A stretch of DNA of 64,000 nt from Pristiophorus japonicus (lineage: Eukaryota): assembly GCF_044704955.1 (NCBI RefSeq), contig NC_091997.1, forward strand, positions 67,022,001 through 67,086,000, in the 5' to 3' direction. Of this stretch, positions 59,019 to 64,000 are shown piece by piece (positions within the stretch are counted from its first letter, which is position 1; every line of letters starts with the position of its first letter). A program made the position numbers and the translations under genes. The notes beneath the pieces are model-generated. The model did not search any database. It was not told where the DNA came from and worked only from the letters and a program-made list of their open reading frames with translations.

Positions 59019-61798
59019 CTTGCTTTTTTTTCTCTCTCTCTGTAAAGTACATTAAAAAATTGCTCTACTCACAGTCTGCAGATTGCTTGCCGGCCACTTC
59101 CAATCGTCACTCAGAACACAACGTGTCGGTTTGCATGTAGAAGATGCAGCCAGTGCTTGGGAGATTCAAAGCATTTCACAAGGCAGCATGCTGCGACTGG
59201 ACTCATTCTCACAAGGCGCAAATAAAACGCCTTTTAAAAACAAAATAAAGGTCTTCATTCCTAACCAAAAAAAGACACAACAGTGAAATAAAACTTTTTA
59301 AAAAACTGGACATTCCTTTTTTGCCACTTTTATGAAGCAGATTCTGAATCGTGCTTTTTAAATGTTGAGTTATTTATTTTAAAAAATACCCCTGATAAAG
59401 ATCCGGTCAGTATTGTGAGTCCGGTAGGGTTGGGTGTGCTTTTTAAAAAATAGTTCCTGGGTTGTGGGTTAGGGTTAGGGTTAGGGCAAGACCAGCATTT
59501 ATTGCCCATCCCTAATTGCCCCTTGAGAAGGTGGTGGTGAGCCGCCTTCTTGAACCGCTGCAGTCCGTGTGGTGAAGGTGCTCCCACAATGCTGTTAGGG
59601 AGGAAGTTCCAGGATTGTGACCCAGCGACGATGAAGGAACGGCCGATATATTTCCAAGTCTGGGTGGTGGTGTTCCCATGCGCCTGCTGCCCTTGTCCTT
59701 CAAGGCGGTAGAGGTCGTGGGTTTGGGAGGTGCTGTCGAAGAAGCCTTGGCGAGTTGCTGCAGTGCATCTTGTAGATGGTACACACCGCAGCCACAGTGC
59801 GCCGGTGGTGGAGGGAGTGAATGTTGAAGGTGGTGGATGGGGTGCTGATCAAGCGGCTGCTTTGTCCTGGATGGTGTCGAGCTTTGTGAGTGTTGTTGGA
59901 GCAGCACCCATCCAGGCAAGTGGAGAGTGTTCTAACCGAGTTAACATGTAAGAGTTATTAGGTTAATGAGTAGATAGTGGTTTTCGGTTCTGATCTAACT
60001 TAGCCATTCTATTTAATAAGGCTGACACTACATGCATAATATTTCAATTACTGATAGTGATCTCCATCACATTAATGAGAAAATAACCCACAGAAAATAC
60101 GGGGGAGCCAATTTAAAACCGAGTTGAGAAGGAATTTCTTCTCCCAGAGGGTTGTGAATCTGTGGAATTCTCTGCCCAGGGAAGCAGTTGAGGCTAGCTC
60201 ATTGAATGTATTCAAATCACAGATAGATAGATTTTTAACAATAAGGGAATTAAAGGTTATGGGGAGTGGGCAGGTAAGTGGAGCTGAGTCCACGGCCCGA
60301 TCAGCCATGATCTTGTTGAGTGGCAGAGCAGGCTCGAGGGGCTAGATGGCCTACTCCTGTTCCTAATTCTTATATTTGAGAAATAACTTGCATTTATATG
60401 GCGCCTTTCAGGTCCTTGGGCTTTTCCAGAGTAATCCACAGCTAATGAAGTACTTTTGAAGTGTAGTCACTGTTGTTAAGTATGCAAGGCAGCCAATTTG
60501 CACTCAGCAAGCTCCCACAAGCAGCAATGAGATCAATAAGTTACTTTGTTTTGGTGGTGTTGGTTGAGGGAGTAGTATCAGCCAGCACACCAGGAGAATT
60601 CTCTTCCTCTTCCTTGGGGAAACTGCCATGGGATGTTTTACATCCACCTGAACAGGAAGATCATGTCTCCTCCAAAAGGCGGCAGCTCCAACCATGCCTC
60701 TCCAACTCCTTTATTAAGAAAGAAAGACTTGCATTTCTATAGCACCTTTCACAGCCAATGAAGTACTTTTGGAGTGCAGTCACTGTTGTAATGTAGGAAA
60801 CGCGGCAGCCAATTTGCGCACAGCAAGCTCCCACACACAGCAATGTGATAATGACCAGTTAATCTCTTTTTTAGTGATGCTAATTGAGGGATAATTATTG
60901 GCCCCAGGACACTGGGGATAACTTCGAAATAGTGCCAGGGGATCGTTTACATCTACCTGAGAGGGCAGACGGGGCCTTGGTTTAACGTCTCATCTGAAAG
61001 ACGGCACCTCCGACAGTGCAGCACTCCCTCAGTACTGTACTGGAGTGTCAGCCTGGATTTTGTGCTCAAGTCTCTGGAGTGGGACCTGAACCCACTGATT
61101 TAGAAGCAACACTGAACCAACCTAATGATTTTTAAAAAATAGATAGAAACCGTCATCCTTCCAATAATCCCAACACAAAGAGTGTCACTAGGCTTATGCC
61201 CGGGCTTCCATTTTTGACACATTTTCTCCCTAGATAACACTTTTGGTATTGACAATATAACAGCCCAGATTATACACAGTCCTGTTCCCACATTCTCTGT
61301 TATACTATATTTGTCTTGTGCAAAGTGTATTGGGGACTATCCTTTAATGGTTATGTTTGATTCATTCCACAAGATTGTTGAACACGCAGAAACTGTGCAG
61401 AACACATTTTTGATAAGTACATGTGAAGGGATGTTGTCTCCTGACTATTAGCGGAGGTTTGGACCTTTGTGGCAGCTCTGTGATTCTAGTTAGTGCTGTT
61501 TTATGGAGCTCTGCAGCAGTGCCGATAGTTGAAAAGTGTAAAAGCATTGTTGTGAAATGGCATAAAAGTTTAGTTCAAATGTCAGATAGTAAATAAGTAA
61601 CCAGCAGTACAATCTGCAATTGCTTGGCCCTGAGGCTTGCTCTTATTGCTCCTCAAAATGGTGATTGATGGCCGGGTACACTTCTTCACACCAATAGTCT
61701 TCCAATACCTTGCCTCAGTCACTGCTCTTCATGCATCAGTCTAGAAGATGAGAGTTAGTGGGCTATGCAACTGTGAAGTACCATAACAGTCACACCCA

Positions 61799-62097
61799 NN
61801 NNNNNNNNNNNNNNNNNNNNNNNNNNNNNNNNNNNNNNNNNNNNNNNNNNNNNNNNNNNNNNNNNNNNNNNNNNNNNNNNNNNNNNNNNNNNNNNNNNNN
61901 NNNNNNNNNNNNNNNNNNNNNNNNNNNNNNNNNNNNNNNNNNNNNNNNNNNNNNNNNNNNNNNNNNNNNNNNNNNNNNNNNNNNNNNNNNNNNNNNNNNN
62001 NNNNNNNNNNNNNNNNNNNNNNNNNNNNNNNNNNNNNNNNNNNNNNNNNNNNNNNNNNNNNNNNNNNNNNNNNNNNNNNNNNNNNNNNNNNNNNNNN
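61799..62097. other. Assembly gap (299 N)
   Basis: Run of n. Confidence 1.
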
Positions 62098-64000
62098 CAA
62101 CAAATCAAATGGGGAATCCTAGCCCTAACCTTTCATTAGGTGTTCTCTCACTGGGGGAATTGTCTGTTGCACTTGTGGATCTTTTAGACTGTATCAGAGA
62201 GCAGTTAGCAGCAGGCAGTGCTGGAGTTATACTGCAGGCTGCGCATGGTAGTGAATCAGCATTCCTGACACTGTGAGAGAAGATCACATGTAGACACAGC
62301 TCTGCTCCCACCTGGTTAAGCTTTCATGTTCTGAGTGCAGAGAGGGACACCCTGATTCTTAAAATGTATTTGTAAGACTCGTGCAACAAACCCATTGAGC
62401 ACTTTCACCTTGAAACTACCCTGGAGTTATACTCTGTGTGGTGCCAGGCCCAAGTGAAATGAGACAGCAGCACCCCCCACTCCACTGCACCCCAAATTCA
62501 TGTTGGGTCCTGACTATGGAACCCTTAGGACCAATTCTCCGACAATACATCCCCAACATAAACCCTTACCTCCAGGACCCCAGCCATTGGGGCAACTGCA
62601 GGCAGACTCTCGCAATGTTCCAACCATTCATTCCAAAAGTCGGTCCCATACTGTCACAATGCAGGCTAACTTCCAACCTCCTTCCTCCTTTTTCATTATA
62701 TTCATTATATTCAAAGATCTCGATAGACATATCTCATATTTTTATATATATATATATATCTCATTGATCAGCACCCCATCCACTACCTTCAACATTCACT
62801 CCCTCCACCACCGGCGCACCGTGGCTGCAGTGTGCGCCATCTACAAGATGCACTGCAGCAACTCGCCAAGGCTTCTTCGGCAGCACCTCCCAAACCCATG
62901 ACCTCTACCACCTAGAAGGACAAGGGCAGCAGGCGCATGGGAACACCACCACCTCCACGTTCCCCTCCCAGTCACACACCATCCAGACTTGGAAATATAT
63001 CGGCCGTTCCTTCATCGTCGCTGGGTCACAATCCTGGAACTCCCTCCCTAACAGCACTGTGGGAGCACCTTCACCACACGGACTGCAGCGGTTCAAGAAG
63101 GTGGCTCACCACCACCTTCTCAAGGGGCAATTAGGGACGGGCAATAAATGCCGGCCTTGTCAGCGACGCCCACATCCCATAAATTAATAAAAAATATAAT
63201 TAAAATACTGAGTCAGATCATTTATTTAAGAGAAGTTCAATGCTTCATATGTAACAGTGAATATTCATTTCACAAGTAGGTTATTTGCATAAGGTTCTAT
63301 GGCTCCTGTGTTACTTCCAGTATTTGCCATGTCAGTATCACCTGATTATTTGAATATATTTACACACGAAAAAACATTATGTACTGAACATTTTCAATAC
63401 CTTCCTCTTTATTTTAATATTCCAATACAGTTCTGATATTTAATTTAAACAGCATGTTATAAATCTCTACAGACTTCCCACAAAGTCATCAGAAAGTATT
63501 GTCCAAGTGTCAGAAATAAAGAGGGCCGTTTGACACCTTGGGTAATTTGGTTACCAGCCAGGAAACATGACAGAAATTGGAGAGACTGGAGAAGGTGGGA
63601 TTGTTCTCCTTGGAGCAGAGAAAGTTAAGGGGAGATTTAAGAGGCGTTCAAAATTATGAAGGATTTTGATAGGGAGAAACTGGTTCGGCCCCAGCTAGAG
63701 TATTGTGTCCAATTCTGGGCACTGCACATTAGGAAGGATGTGAAGACCTTAGAGAGGGTGCAGAGGAGATTTACAAGAGTGATTCCAGTAATGTGGGACT
63801 TCAGTTACGTGGATAGACTGGAGAAGCTGGGGTTGTTCTCCTTGGAGCAGAGAAGGTTGAGAGGAGATTTGATCGAGGTGTTCAAAATCATGAAGGGTCT
63901 GGACAGAGTAGAGAGAGAGAAACTGTTCCCATTGGCTCATGGAAAAGATCCCATTGCACTACAGTCCTCACCACTTATCGCAGGCTCGTTTATGTGAACT

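Noticed and set aside
61741-62276. ORFs containing runs of X
   Set aside because: Artefacts of the assembly gap.
62105-62311. Possible terminal exon next to the gap
   Set aside because: No recognisable homology and a weak acceptor context; cannot be supported.

Overview
This is eukaryotic, repeat-rich vertebrate DNA, most likely a shark, judging by the CR1, L2, RTE and SacSINE1-like repeat content. Three genes lie in tandem on the minus strand. (1) TUBGCP4 (gamma-tubulin complex component 4), coding exons 1-10 at 28014 to 446, all GT-AG with consistent phases; the gene continues left of the window. (2) An intact, intronless 600-aa calicin (CCIN, BTB-BACK-Kelch) at 30846-32648. (3) A complete three-exon CART prepropeptide gene (111 aa) at 58846 to 52270. 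Most of the remainder is nested transposon debris, three transposon-seeded minisatellites and one 299-N gap. The strongest novel-looking signal is a Tx1-clade LINE found twice at the same nucleotide inside a 275-bp solo-LTR-like host element, with a third copy sharing the same TACAACTAT junction, which suggests a target-specific element-within-element system. Other highlights are a calicin in a probable cartilaginous fish, a probable CART ohnologue, a four-fold YY1-N4-CTGGC motif array at the TUBGCP4 promoter, a perfect 23-bp palindrome, a degenerate hammerhead core and two telomere-like fillers. Repeat boundaries are approximate and family names come from recognition, not database searches.
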